Part shown: positions 34,301-47,598 of the stretch, piece by piece
How positions within the stretch are numbered: the stretch's first letter is position 1
Layout: each line of letters opens with the position of its first letter
Source of the DNA: Azolla caroliniana
Lineage: Eukaryota; Plantae; Polypodiophyta
NCBI GenBank assembly: GCA_043228905.1
Contig: JBHGNT010000009.1
Location: 4,836,001 to 4,900,000, forward strand
Length of the DNA stretch: 64,000 nt
Direction: 5' to 3'
Position numbers and translations under genes: made by a program
Notes under the pieces: generated by a model
What the model saw: only the letters and a program-made list of their open reading frames with translations
What the model was told of the DNA's origin: nothing
Database searches by the model: none

Positions 34301-37300
34301 AGAGCATTTACCCCAACAACCTCCCACTTAAAGGCATAAATGATGCCTTTAAGCTACGTAACTCCCACCATATGTATACATATTTGATGTTGTGCTTTGG
34401 GTGAAGAATTTGTGATGTGTGGACCTTTATCAATGTTATAAGGCCATCCTCAAGCATTTCTCGAATGAAGTGATATCACACATCAATATGTTTTGTGCGT
34501 GCATGAAACATAGCATCCTTAGCCAAACATATGGCACTTTGGCTATCACAACCAAGCATAGGTGCCTTTTTAGGCAAACCAAACTCATTGCAAAGATGTG
34601 CTAACCATATCGCTTCCTTGACAGCCTCAGTGGCTGAATATATTCAGCCTCGGTAGTGGACAAAGCAACAATCTTTTGCAACCTATTGCACCATGATACA
34701 TCATTCCCTGCAAGTGTGAATATATAGCCACTTGTGGATTTCCATTTATCCACATCACCTGCCATGTCAAAGTCACAAAAACCCTTCAGCCCTAATGGGT
34801 CTTTATTTCCATAACAAAGGCATTTATTTTTAGTCCCTTTTTAAGTACCTCATAATGAACTTCACTACATTCCAATGTGCCTCGCCCGGATTGGCCATTT
34901 CCATAACAGAGGCATTTATTTTTAGTACCGTTTAAGTACCTCATAATGGACTTTACTGCATTCCAATGTGCCTTGCCTAGATTGGCCATGAATCAGCTTA
35001 CAATTCCCACTGCACAGGCAATATTAGGTCTAGTAGCAATCATAGCATACATAAGTGAACCACAAGCTGAAGCATAAGGTACACCTTGCATGTCATTGGT
35101 TGCTTCTTGTGTCTTATGACAATCTTCCTTGGAGATTTTATCATATGGTTGTAATGGCACTTCAAGAGGCTTTGCATCAGGCATACAAAATCTTTTGCCT
35201 CAGGGAGTGGAATCTAAAGAACACTATATTTGTCATTGTAGTGTTTTTTATGAAATAAGCGTGAGATACCATTGCCTCCTTAAACAAGGCTTTGGCCCAC
35301 AATGCATGGTAATGGAATATGAGGACCAACGATGCTTAGGACTTTTCTCGCTAGAACTTGAAAGACGAGAAAAGGTTGTTGAAGGACAACAATACAACCG
35401 CGCAAGCTCATCAATGAAAAACAATCACAACTTTTTTAGCCCCATCACTCCTACGCATGCTACAAGTGAATCAAAGGCTACACAAATGGGCTCTCGATCG
35501 GGACAAAACAAAGGCGTTATAATTGATGGGCAATAGCAAATTTTCTTGCACATAGGCCTTGGCCCCATGGATCACGATATCACCAGCCTTGTCATCGACA
35601 AATAAAGGCCATTATCTCCCGCCAGCGTAGGTGCTTCCCTTAGTTCAAAGACCTCTCCATTTTGGATTGGCCAATGCTAGAGATCTTTTGAAGTCAAAAA
35701 GTACAATATTTGTTCTCAAAGATGAGATACCACTTACGATATAATCTCTTGTTTGATCTTGCAAGCCATTTTGGCCCTTAAAAGATGTGCATATCTTTCT
35801 TCGACCTCAATGAGCATATCCTTGTAAGGTCCAAGCCATCATCACTTGGCATTGGGGATGCCCTTCTCATCATTTACAAACTGCAGTATATATTATTAAT
35901 CAATCTGCACATAATTGATTCAAAGGAGATTTGGTATGGCTTATCAACCACACCTAATTATCTGTGCATCTGGGGTTGTGAAGCTTTCGACGCTTTCGAC
36001 AGGAGTTTCGAAACAAGCTAGATGCAAAATTCATCAAAGGCATCTTTTTGGCATATGGTGCAAAAGGTGAGGTGGACTACAAATTTTGGTTACCACAACT
36101 TTGAAAGGTAATCAGAAGTCGCGATGTTGTATTAAATGAAGCAAAGGTGCTCACAAGAAACTATACCTCAAAAAAATCAACAAAGAAAGTGAAATTTCAG
36201 CAACAACCAACATTGAGTCAAAAATAACATGTCATAATGACGAACAAGTAGAGATCTACAAATCAATTCAATTGCCTGAAGAAAATGGACAACAAAACAG
36301 AGAAATTTTAGACAATGAAGATGAAGTTCAAACACAACCACCTCCTACAAAGGAAATAATACCTGCTGAACCATGATACGAATATATTTCATTTTAGCAT
36401 GGTAACAAATGTGCGCTTACTATATCAAAGGAGATCAAAGCACTCCATGAGAATAACACTACAATCTTGTGGATCTACCCAAAAACAAAAAGGCTATACC
36501 TTACAAGTGGGTCTACACGTTGAAGGATCTAGAAGGTAAACCCAATTATAAGGCTCATCTAGTAGCCAACAGTACAAGCAAATATAAGGAATAAATTTTC
36601 AAGAGATTTTTACTCTAGCAATCAAAATGACTACACTTAGGATACCTTTGACCATTTCAGCCTTTTTGGATTTGGAGCTATATCAAATGGATATAAACAT
36701 GGGTTTTCTTCCCCCTGTTCATAGATACGACTCGCTTATGGTGATCATCAATCGAGTTATGAAGATGCCTCAATAACCATCTCAGGAGTGGAGATGGCAG
36801 ATTTACTCTCAAGACATGTAATTTGATTACACGAATCATTGGACGATATCACTTATGGTCACGGGCTGACCATCATCAACCAATCCCCCACCATTGCGAT
36901 ATGGTTTTGGTACTATATCGACACATCACCATCACTAGGCCATGCGCAAAACATGAGTACAAAAAGTTTGGACAAAGTTTAGTTTGAGGCTTTTGCTGCA
37001 GTTCCAAATCCATAATGTCTTCCTTCCTTCCCTCCTAGCCTTACCATCCAATCCAGATTCCGAGAGGCTAGCCTCCTTGTCCGCAACTTGTGGAGCTGTT
37101 GATAGCGGAGGAGTACAAGGTTGACAAGGTACTCAACTCTTGTATGCATTGCCAAGAACTTTAGTATCTCGTCTTATGGAAAGGGTATCAGCCAAGCACT
37201 TAAGCAATGCTTCCTGAGGTGGTTCGTGATTTCCACCAACAGTACCCATAAAGCCAGAAACTGCTCTTGGAAGGCGACCCTAGAGGGAGAATAATGTCAC

Positions 37301-40300
37301 AGCCAAATATCGAATTCCAAACCTTGAATGCAATATTACTTTGTATTGTTTTTCTTGTAAAACATGCAAGGATCTTAGACTAACTCTTATACAACAAGAT
37401 CACTTAGAAGACTTAAGGAAAAATCAATAGATTAGGAAAAACGAGCTTATGATTACAAAGATGTAGAATGGTTTATATAACCAATATCTACAATTACCTA
37501 GAAACCCAATAGTCACCTAACTAGGTTCACAGTAACTATGTTCACACCAAAGCTTTCATAGAATACACATGTTGGGAATAAAGGGTCATCATGCCTTTTA
37601 TTAGTGCATGAGTGTGAACGCACTCGTAGCACACTTTTGACTTGTATATACATAATATCTAAAAAACCAAAAAAGAGGTACACTCTTTGTACCCAAGACA
37701 GTGCGCATCTCTCTCTCTCTCTCCCCCTTTGTCTCTCACTTAGACTCTCTCCCTCTCTGTTTTTGACCTAAACCCTAATCCTCGTGCTGCCTTCAAACTA
37801 GTATCAGAGCTGGGTTTAAGGTTTTTTGCAGAGCAGAGTTTAGGGTTTTTTGCAGAGCAAAGTTTAGGGTTTTCTACAAAGTAGAGTTTAGGGTTTTCTG
37901 CAGAGCAAAGTCTAGGGTTTCCTGCAGTGCAGGTTTGGTCCTCTGTTTGGGCTAAGAAATCATGACTAGTAACAATGAAAGTAGCCACCTTATGCACATC
38001 AAGAAACTTGAGGGTGCACATAACTTTGCGGTTTGGAAAAAGCAGTGCTACAACATCCTGTTGCAGAAGAAACATGCAAAGCCTATTAAAGTCGAAGGGG
38101 TAAAGCCTACAAATATGGACAAAGATGATTGGCAAGAGTTGAATGAGCTTGGACGCTCGACTATTGAGTTGTCGATTTCTAATGCCTTATTGTTTAATAT
38201 TGAAGGTTTGGACTGTGCCTATTCTATATGGACTAGACTAGAGGAACTGTATGCCCGGAAGACGGCAGCTAGCAAAGGTTATTGGCTTAAGAAACTTATG
38301 GATTTGCGCATGACAGAGGGTACACCCATGTCAACTCATCTGAGTGAGTTCAATACCATTTTCAGCCAGCTGGTTGCCTTGAAATTCATCATTGATGATA
38401 AGTTTAAGGCCACATTTTTACTTTGCACCTTGCTAGGAAGTTGGGATACTTTCAGGACTGCTATGAGCAATTCAAATGCGATGCTTCTTTATGCCGATGT
38501 AGAGATCTCTACTCATGGAAGAGATGAGTTGGCAAAACAATGCATCCAATAAGTCCTCTAGTGTGTTGCATATGAGGGGTAGGTCACAACAAAGAGGCAA
38601 ATCTGATAGTTATGGCCATTACTTTAAACGTGATTGTTTCAAATGGAAGAAAGAGGAAGGAAAGGGCAAGAAGATAGATGATTTCATCGAAGAAAAGAGA
38701 GACATTCAACCAAGGAAAGGCAATACTAAAAATGAAGAGGTGAATGTAGTCATTCATGATAGTGATAGTGGAAATGATGTACTCTTTGTCTCATCATGCC
38801 ATAGAGAACATGCTTTACTTGCAGATATGGATGGTGACATGCACACTTGGATACTTGATTCCGGTGCTTCTTTTCACGTGCCCCCCTCATCTTGGGTGGT
38901 TTTCAGATTACACAGGGGGTCGACATGGTGTTGTTCATCTTGGGGACAACTATGCATGTGAAATTGCAGGTATTGGCACTGTGCAATTACAGTTTCAGCA
39001 TGGTTCTGCTTTCACAATTCAGCATGTACGACATGTACCTCAGCTCAAGAAGAGCTTGATTAGCACAGGACAGCTAGATGATGATGGATTTCACACAACC
39101 TTTGGTGATGGGAAATGGAAGATTTGTAAGGGATCTAGAGTTATTGCCAAGGGTAGTAAAAGTGATACTTTGTATCCTCTCCATGTATCTAATGTGAGTG
39201 ACCATTTTGTTGCCATAACCGAGCAGCCTAGTGTTTCTTTGTGGCATGGCCGGTTGGGACACATGAGTGAAACTGGTATGAAAGTATTGTCTCGTTTGGG
39301 TTACTTGCCATGTCTTCGTTATGTTGATTTTGGCAGCAAGTTTTAAGAGATAATCACTTAAGAATGAAAAGATATCAGGGTGGAATTCAATAAATGTCAA
39401 ATTTACTTGATATTTACTGATCAACATGAATAATATATCACCCATCAAGAGCGCATCACTGTAGGTACTCTGACAATTTGGGTTATGAATACAAATTGTG
39501 ATCCAGATCTCATGGATATTCCGATTCTAGGTAATAGTGATGCACAATATTGGATAGAGTGACATTAGTTATTCGTGAGGGTTGCTCAACCCTAACCTAA
39601 AGGTCCAATAATTACTGAAATTAGTGAGGACTAATGTGGCTGACAAGGATCTGGTTCGATGTAGAGTAGCAAAAGGCTTGCTTGTTTTGTCAAAGATGAG
39701 GCCAAGGAGAACAATGCCTATATAAAGAAGTCATTTCTTTATAGCCCTATAGCATATGCAGGTCTTATTATCAAGGTGATTTTGTTTCTTGGCATGCAAA
39801 TGTTCCTTAGGTTTCTTTGTGACTTTTGTACAACAGCGTAATTAATACAATTTCCTATTATGAAGAAGAAGAAGAAGAAAAAGAGAGATTGAGATTCCTG
39901 CCTTGGCATGCTGCAGGTCACATCAAAGCCAATTGTAATCTATCCCAACAGTGGTGAAACATGGGATGGTGAGAAGAAACAGTGGGTGGTGAGTGATTTT
40001 TGTGACACTGGACCTTTTGTAGGAGATCTACCAATCCCCTTTGTACGTATATTTATAGTTTTTTTTCTCTGCAAATGAAGACCAAAATTATTTTCGTGTT
40101 TACGACTAATAATAAAGGAAAGTAAGTACAAATAAGAGTGATGAAACTGCATACTTTAGCAATAATACTTGGTCTAGTTGTTTATGAAAATCTGTATGTA
40201 CTTCTGTATGCATCGTTCTTGGTTCTTGGATCATCCTATTGTTATGGTGCTTGAAAATGCAAGAACTATAAGATGAAACCTTTTATGATGCAAATTGAAC

Positions 40301-40572
40301 CAAACTAAACCATGAATATTAAACTTCGATTCATAGCTTCATTTTCTACGTTTGATAATCGGAAAGCAATTTTCTGTTTGGCACTCATGCAGCCATCAAC
40401 AGGAATTTCTGATGTTGACTTCGTATCATATGTGCATAAATGGAGAGAAGCGGGAGCTTCTCTAATAGGTGGTTGCTGCCGAACAACTCCCAGTACAATT
40501 AAAGCAATTTCTGCTGTTCTTAAAAAAGGGGACCCCAAAGCTCCCGAATCTAAGCTTCGTGTGATGAAATGA
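28370..40572 (+). CDS. HMT: homocysteine S-methyltransferase, 7 exons, 338 aa
   Basis: Exons 28370-28543, 32814-32870, 33012-33211, 33293-33422, 33504-33707, 39917-39988, 40393-40572. GT-AG, 1017 nt in frame. Motifs [62 protein letters not shown] and Zn-binding GGCCRT. Confidence 0.95.
29184..29545 (+). mobile_element. non-LTR retrotransposon (LINE) RT fragment in HMT intron 1
   Basis: [38 protein letters not shown]...INMDKTKVM. Confidence 0.85.
30190..31260 (-). pseudogene. internally deleted fragment of a DEAH-box splicing helicase (PRP22/DHX8-like) in HMT intron 1
   Basis: [25 protein letters not shown] joined directly to [32 protein letters not shown]; [23 protein letters not shown]; [37 protein letters not shown]; many stops and deletions. 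Confidence 0.9.
31345..31640. repeat. irregular array of GGTTAGAAA motifs; related copy at ~44430-44560
   Basis: About 10 ggttagaaa-like units followed by cttttattggataatgatt, which is also present at 44538-44556. Confidence 0.75.
32455..32704. mobile_element. hAT-type MITE (250 bp) with 8-bp TSD
   Basis: TIR CATAGTA...TACTATG; perfect TSD GTTTGAAT at 32447-32454 and 32705-32712; internal ATTCG/CGAAT subterminal motifs. Confidence 0.85.
34230..35250 (-). mobile_element. copia RT/RNase H remnant with PPT and partial 3' LTR in HMT intron 5
   Basis: [27 protein letters not shown]; [12 protein letters not shown]; minus strand TAAGTGGGAGG then TGTTGGGG at 34318; internal ~91-bp tandem duplication at 34807-34988. 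Confidence 0.85.
35930..36710 (+). mobile_element. copia integrase 3' end and RT start remnant
   Basis: [10 protein letters not shown]; [26 protein letters not shown]; [16 protein letters not shown]; ELYQMDI. Confidence 0.75.
37570..39346 (+). mobile_element. 3'-truncated Ty1/copia element (5' LTR 37570-37795, iMet PBS 37799-37810, gag, protease, pre-integrase)
   Basis: TGTTGGG...TTCA LTR; TaGTATCAGAGC; [12 protein letters not shown]; [10 protein letters not shown]; [18 protein letters not shown]; [10 protein letters not shown]. Confidence 0.9.
37812..37930. repeat. ~24-bp tandem repeat containing TTTAGGG in the copia leader
   Basis: tttagggttt(t/c)(t/c)tgcagagca(g/a)ag, about 5 units between PBS and gag. 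Confidence 0.85.
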
Positions 40573-41874
40573 AAGGATCATCCCAGTAATAAAATAGCAA
40601 GAATTAAGTACAATGTATGAAATGCATCCTTTAATGAAACTTAAAATCGTGTTTAGGTATTGAGCATATGAAACAGAAAATGCCATCTTATAAAGTAGAG
40701 AATCGTGCTGTAGAATATACTGCTTTGGGATTTTAATTGTAGTTGAATTAGAGAATACCTGTTTTGATCATGTTTGGCAGGAAGTTTGCACATTGTGACT
40801 TATAAAAAAGTTAAGGGGAGGGACTGAGACGATGTGTGAAAGGATGGTCTTTCAGTGTCTGTCTTTGGGCTGTTAAGAGAAATGTATTGTATTATATTTG
40901 GCATCAAATCTTGGAACATGTTTGGTCTTAGAATGTGCAGTTTTTTATGTAAGTGTATATGTATCCTGTACTATTCTTATCCTCCAACCTTAAACACACA
41001 TTGTGGTTCATTGGCTTAGACACAGTTTACGCTTTGTCATATCAGTCATTCATGACGTTTTTTCATTTGTCTGTCATCTGATTTTCTATCCTCACATACT
41101 CCCAAATTAATCTTAGGGTTATAAATAGAGATAAAGTGTAATCTATATAGTATGATCAAGCAAAACAAAAAACACATGGTGAAAGTTAGCAAGGTGGAAG
41201 TGCAATATTGATTAATCACTGTCAATATAAAGGATTTGTAGTAAGTAGAAGAGAATCCATTGATGATTTAGTCAAAGGGAGGAAAATAAGTGGTAGAAGT
41301 CTTTTAACTCAAAGGGATTACACAACTTATTTTTAGTTTAAGAAGGTTCAAGATTCAATATTTAGCTTTGAAATATTGAGATCCCAAGGCTTCTATGTGA
41401 TGCTTGATGATTCCAAAATGCACTCACCATGCATCATTGTCAATAGTGACAGGGTGTGTACTGTTTATTTGTTCACTAACATTGAAAATATTTCACTTTC
41501 ATTCATCTGAGGCTATGTATGTCACTAAACATGTTGAAATATGACATTTTTCACTGGACTAAGCCTACATATGTGGATTACATACTTGCAAACAATGATG
41601 GCCAATGTGGTTTTTGTTACGTATAGTCAGCTGGTGATCATAACCATGACACATCAAATCTAGCAACGTTAACATGTATCCCTTTTTACTCGAAGGCGAT
41701 CAACTCTCGCGAGCTGATTCATTTTGTATGATCAACTCTTGCAGGCCTTAGAAACCGTAGATTCTCATTCAACGACGTGGGTCACAACATTAGGCATAAA
41801 ATCACGCAGGGTCTCAACATGGTTGTGATGGAAGATGTAGGAGTGTTAAGTTAATATTAAGTTAATCAAAGAAA

Positions 41875-42103
41875 ATAACAAGTTTTTTCCCCCTGTAATC
41901 TCTAGAAAATCGGTCTCTTATTACGTATTTTATTTCTTTATTCAATCTTCCTGAAAAGAATTCAGAACCATGGTTAATCTGAGGAAGATAGATAACAAGT
42001 TTTTTCCCCCTGTAATCTCTAGAAAATCAGTCTCTTGTCACGTATTTTATTTCTTGATTCAATCTTCCTGAAAAGAATTCAGAACCGTGGTTAATCTGAG
42101 GAA
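41875..42103. repeat. 117-bp tandem duplication
   Basis: ataacaagttttttccccctgtaatctctagaaaatc...ggttaatctgaggaa starting at 41875 and 41992. Confidence 0.92.
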
Positions 42104-42745
42104 CAGAAAATATATCGCAGTATGAGAAATGTTAGCTAAATATGCTCACTTGTTTGCGAAATTTCCTACACATGCTCCATCAAAGTGCAGCTTCATAGTT
42201 GCATGTAACAGAGAAAAAATTATATGCAAGGTTATGACGATTCGTTTGCAATGTTTAGGATATGAACCATTTAATTACCCAAGATACGCATAGTTTATTG
42301 TTCTACATTGATCTGATCATCCTCAGAAAAAATCAGAAGCGCTGTCTGATTCTTGTAAGATTTGGGTAGCAACAGTTTTCCTTTAATGAAACTAGATAAA
42401 CACTTGTTTTCATTTTACCTTGATTTGCCTCATTTCATTAAATTCAAGAAAACTGCCTTGCGTAAATTCTTATAATAACATCCTTGGATTTGCAATGAAT
42501 TTATAGGTACCAACTCTTTTCGATAATATGAATGTGGTTTTCTTTCATGAAATATGCACAGGAAGTAAGGTTTTCAACCAGGGAATTGCTGATGTACCTA
42601 TCTTATTCATGTTGTTTCACAGTGTAGTATATTCCTTAACCATCAACTCCAAAACATGAAGCTTCTTCATCTCTTCATACCACTTCAACTAATGTGCATA
42701 ACAATGATATCAGAAACAAACATAGAGAGACATGGCAGTGATACC

Positions 42746-42930
42746 GGAGCCATGGATTCTGATTACATTAAAGATCAAGATTACAGAATATAAGAGCCAT
42801 GGATTCTGATCACACTAAAGATCAAGATACAGAATATAGGAGCCATGGATTCTGATCACATTAAAGATCAAGATACATAATATAGGAGCCATGGATTCTG
42901 ATCGCATTAAAGATGAAGATACAGAAATAT
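42746..42930. repeat. 46-47-bp tandem repeat, 4 copies
   Basis: gagccatggattctgatcacattaaagatcaagatacagaatata. Confidence 0.92.
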
Positions 42931-43365
42931 AAGGAAAAGGATGGTACTCCTTTCCCCAACTTGAAGGACAAGAATAGTAGTTGGGATGTAGAGTCTATTT
43001 CAGTTGTGTGAGGTGATTGCCCAATTTGTCTTGAAGGTTCACCATCTCTCTCTAAATGTTTTATCATTATCATTCTTTCTTCTTCTTCTTCTTCTTCTTT
43101 AGAGAACCTTCGTCTTTCTTACTTTGGGATTATGTTAAGAGGTGGAAAAAAATGGTGTTGGAAAATAACGTATTTGGGTTGAAAATCTTTATATGTATAA
43201 ACATCTATTAATAAGCTCATCTCCAACTAAAAACAGGATATGTTGTTTGATGCAGGCACTTAAAACAGGGGAAAATGGTGTGATGTATTATAAACACTAA
43301 AAGAATGTGTTTGGATGGGAAATGAAATGGTACATTTCAATGAGAACACATGTAATTTGGGCTGT
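42931..43365 (+). pseudogene. RING-H2 E3 ligase pseudogene fragment, copy 1 (exon ending in CPICLE plus intron; next exon deleted)
   Basis: ...DVESISVV*GDCPICLE|gt at 43036; sequence 43004-43365 colinear with 50764-51300. Confidence 0.65.
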
Positions 43366-44689
43366 TAACTGAATCGAAGTATACTTCGTCAAATTCTTCT
43401 ATGCCGAAGTGAAAATAAAGAGTGGTTGCAATAGTATCTTGCAATGTGGTAGTGCTAACACTCATATAGATCATGGTATGATGCTGTGGCACACACACAT
43501 ATAACAATTCAGTCATTGGCATTGCTTTTAGGCTAGGCACTCCATGGAACAGCCTGTGACCATTCTTACTCATGTTGGCCAGGTGAAGTGAATACTATTA
43601 GTTCTTATAAATCTCAGCTTTTGTAGATCAAGCTTCTGAATATAAAAGTATCTTATATTTTGTAAGAGGATTGTTTTCTGTACAGTGGTTGCAATCACAC
43701 ATGTTTGACGGATGGTTCAAAGTGTCTAAGAAGTGTCTGATTGTAACATATGCACAGCAATATTAACTCCTTTTAGCTTTTATTATTTTTATTACTGTGT
43801 ATTCTCATTTTCTCAAGGCCACCACGTTTTTTCAGTTGATGCTTTAATCATGTGTTTTTATGGTAAAAAAATCTCAGATTGTTTGTATTGGATAGTTTTA
43901 ATCATGTTGGCACTTATTTTTCAAAGCCATGTTTTCAAAATTAAACTACGAATATATTGGCAAAGAAGTTAATGAGATTCTACTAAACAAACAGAAATGA
44001 AGACAACTTCTATAATATATATATGTATATATGGGCAAATAAGGCAATGAGATCCTATAAAATAAAAGAAATAAAGACGTTTCTCTCTGCAAGACAGACT
44101 TCTATTCACGAGTAAAAGTTCTTTAAAAAACACTCCAGCTCTAGACTGAAGAAAAATCATCATTCTGTAACATTTCTCTTGTAGCAAAAACTCCATTAAA
44201 AACTCTTATAGCAAAATCTTCTTCCTGAAATTATTCTTCTTGTTGTTGAAGTTCTTCTTATGCTTCTTATTGAGGTTTTCATTCTCCTTCTTCTCTTTCT
44301 TCTCCTCCACCTCAATTAGCTCGTCTTCTTCACTAAATTAGGTCTTATATTTCTAGTTTCAAATATTGTGCACTTTAATATTTACATTAGCGTATCAATT
44401 TAATATTTAAAATTTGGGGTTATATGCATCTAACCCAGCTATTGTTAGGTTAGAATAGATATATGGCTATAACCAAGTTAGAAAAAAAATGGGTCAGGTT
44501 AGAAATGGCAAAGACAAAGAGGGGGTCCCAATTCACACTTTTATTGGATAATGATTCAACGGTGCATATTTCACACAAACCTCAAAGCAGTCCCTACACG
44601 GTCCGTTGCCACGATTCCCTCACCTCCCATATTTAATATTTGGTAGCAAATAGACACAAGTATGGTGAGTCCCTAAGTGACGCAATCTG

Positions 44690-47460
44690 AAGCAAATTTG
44701 AACGTGCTAAATGATGTGATCTAGATGCTAGAGCCAAGAAGGGATGGGGGTTATTGATCACCCATTGTTGTTGTGGTCTTCAATGTCTGTGATTGGATGA
44801 CTCGGGTTAAGGCCGAGCATATTGTAGTTTCTCATGTAACATTGGGGATGGTCGCCAATGGACAGCATCGATAGTAAACAAGTAGCAAATGGTGATAGAG
44901 ATACATGCATAGGCTGGACCTGTGAACACTAATTCACATGAATCCCAAACTAAATGGTCATATCTTGTATCTGACTATGTATTTAATAGTCCCATACTCA
45001 TTAATAAAATCAACTCTTCTACGAGTTACTATACATATACATGCATTATCACATGGTATCAAAGTGTTCAAAATCAACAGCAATCAGAGCATTCAAAAAT
45101 CATCGGCGGCAGAAACATGAACAAAAGAACAGCAACTAGAAACGACGACAAAAGAAGTCATCAACATCACAAACTACTCACTGTAAGAAACACTAAATTC
45201 ATAAACTCGAAATTTACTTCACAAATAAAAGAAAACCAATCATGGCCAAAGTCGAAAACCCAGACATTGTTGCTGCTAAAACACCCTCCTCCACATCAGT
45301 ATCATTCGAATTGACGGACTAATCGAAGCCGCAAATTATCATCGTCCATGGCAAATATGGATGAAAATGTATTGGCGCAGATTACATCTATGGGCATACT
45401 TAGATGGAAGCAAAGCCAAACCTGACAATAATGATCCAAAAATTCAAGCATGGCAAGATAAGGACTTTGAAGCACAATCCAAAATCCATTTCCATGTAGC
45501 AAATTCACTTATGTACCTCATTTCAAACCAAGAAACTGCCAAAGAAATGTGGGAATGGCTAAGCGAACAATATGAAAAGACTGACACAATTCATGCCATC
45601 ACTCTGTTTCGTCAACTCACAACCTTCCACATGCTAGAAGGTAATGATTTTGAAACATTTCTACAGTCATGACGCTCACTCCTAGAACAAGCACCACCGC
45701 AGGCCTTGGATTCACAGATAAACAGCAATCGTCACAACCCAATCTATGTGCTAATGTGACTTAGATCAACCCATCTACATGGAACAACCTAAGTACTTCA
45801 AAGACACCAAACATCTTGACTTTGTATGCCTATTAAAGAAAACCTTATATGGTTTAAAGCAATCCCCTCGAATTTGGTACTATAGGCTACATTAATTTCT
45901 TATCAACAAAGGATATAAAAGACTCAAATCAGATCAAAACCTCTACACAAACCACAATGGTAATCACATACTCATTTTAGTTGTTTATGTGGATGACATC
46001 TTGATCATTAGCAATGCAGTTGAGCATATTAAATTGTCAAAAGAACTTGCAACAACCTTTTCCATTACAAATGGCGCACCCCTTCATTATATGCTAGGCA
46101 TCAAGTTCAATTTGCAAGGTCCAGATAATAGCATCCAACTCTGTCAAAGAAAGTCTGCAGAAGACATCCTTAACAAGTACCAAATGATAGATCTCAAACC
46201 ATCACCTATACCCGTTGCCCCACACCTCTCACACAGTTCTGACATGGCTCCCAAGGATCCTCAAGAGATAAAAGAGATAGAAACTCAACCATTTGGAGAA
46301 ATGTTTGGAAATCTAAGGTATCTTGTATCATGCACTAGACCAGATTTATGCTACATCACAGGTTATATATCAAGATTTATGCAAAACTCTGGTAAACCAC
46401 ACTTAGATGCACTACTTCAAGTGTTTCAGTACCTTAAGCCACCACCTTACTCGGATTATCCTATAAGGGCCAAACCCATCTACAAGGATGGTGTGATGCT
46501 GACTATAATAGTAATAAAGATACAAGACATTCAACAACAGGTTATGTTTTTACCATAGCTGGTGGAGCTATATCTTGGAAATCCAAGAAGCAAAACACAG
46601 TCACCTTATCATGAACTGAAGCAGAACTTATAGTCGCTTCCTATGCAGCCAAAGACGATGTATGGCTTCAAAGACTACTCTTTGAATTACAAGCTGATTA
46701 CACCACAAGAGTTTGTACACCAATATTTCCAAAGTTCACCTTAGGGATTGGCGACTGATCTTGTATCACCTTATTGAAAGTTCCCAAACATCATGAAAAT
46801 ACTAAACATATTGACTACAACTGTTTTTATGTAAAAGAACTGATGGACGGAAGCAAAGAAGATCAGCCAATCCTCGTCATCAATTATAATCCTACAAATC
46901 AACAGGTTGCTGATTTTCTCACAAAAGCAGTACCAAAACCCAAATTTGAATTTTGCTGCAAAGCTATTGAACTTATTAATGTAACTTCAAATAGGAATAG
47001 GCATAGCATATAATCGCAGCAAAAGATAGTGAGAATGTGAACACTAATTCACATGAATCCCAAAATAACTGTTCTTATCTTGTATCTGACTATTTTATAG
47101 TTCCACACTCATTAATAAAATCAACGCTTCGATCGGTTACTATTCATATACATTCATTATCACGGGACTTTGTTACGAAATGAAGCACTTAATGTCTTAC
47201 AGTGAGCAAGTGTGCATACCTGCTTGATGAGAAATGTAAAGGAGGAGGAGGAGAAGAAAAGTACCTGTTTGATTGAGATCTGGTCTGGTCAAGAGGCAGA
47301 GATCGCTCCAGAGAGGATCGGTGATATTAGCTCCCAAGCATTCGAGATGAGTAGGGAAGGCATGCCACCATCCGATTGCTGCAACAGAGCATCTAGGCGC
47401 TTGAATCCAACCCCATGTCTGGTGAAGAATCGGGCAAGCACGAGGAGTTTTGGGAGACCC
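44690..47460 (-). pseudogene. inverted degenerate copy of HMT 5' UTR, exon 1 and start of intron 1, split by a copia insertion
   Basis: Reverse complement of 47460-47165 matches 28278-28850 ([26 protein letters not shown]; catttcgtaacaaagtcc). Reverse complement of 44920-44690 matches 28847-29060. Confidence 0.88.
44921..47164 (+). mobile_element. internally deleted Ty1/copia element with both LTRs
   Basis: LTRs 44921-45053 and 47036-47164 (about 15 substitutions plus a 4-nt indel, counted by eye); PBS TGGTATCAaAG at 45054; TSD GGACC/GGACT. Gag (45240-45720) is joined to RT (IYMEQP ~45775, YVDDIL, TRPDL) and RNase H (HENTKHID, QVADFLTK); protease and integrase are missing. Confidence 0.9.
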
Positions 47461-47598
47461 AGAGGGCAGAGAAGGAAGCCTGAAGGAAGGACGATTAGTC
47501 ACAGCATTTCGGGGGTAGAGATGCTTCTGAATGTGGTCTCAAAAAAGCATCCTGTTTGATGAGACTCTAAAGGCACTCTCACTCTCTGCAACCGGTCC

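Noticed and set aside
36720-37569. Possible additional minus-strand LTR element start within HMT intron 5
   Set aside because: No PBS, paired LTR or protein motif could be identified with confidence
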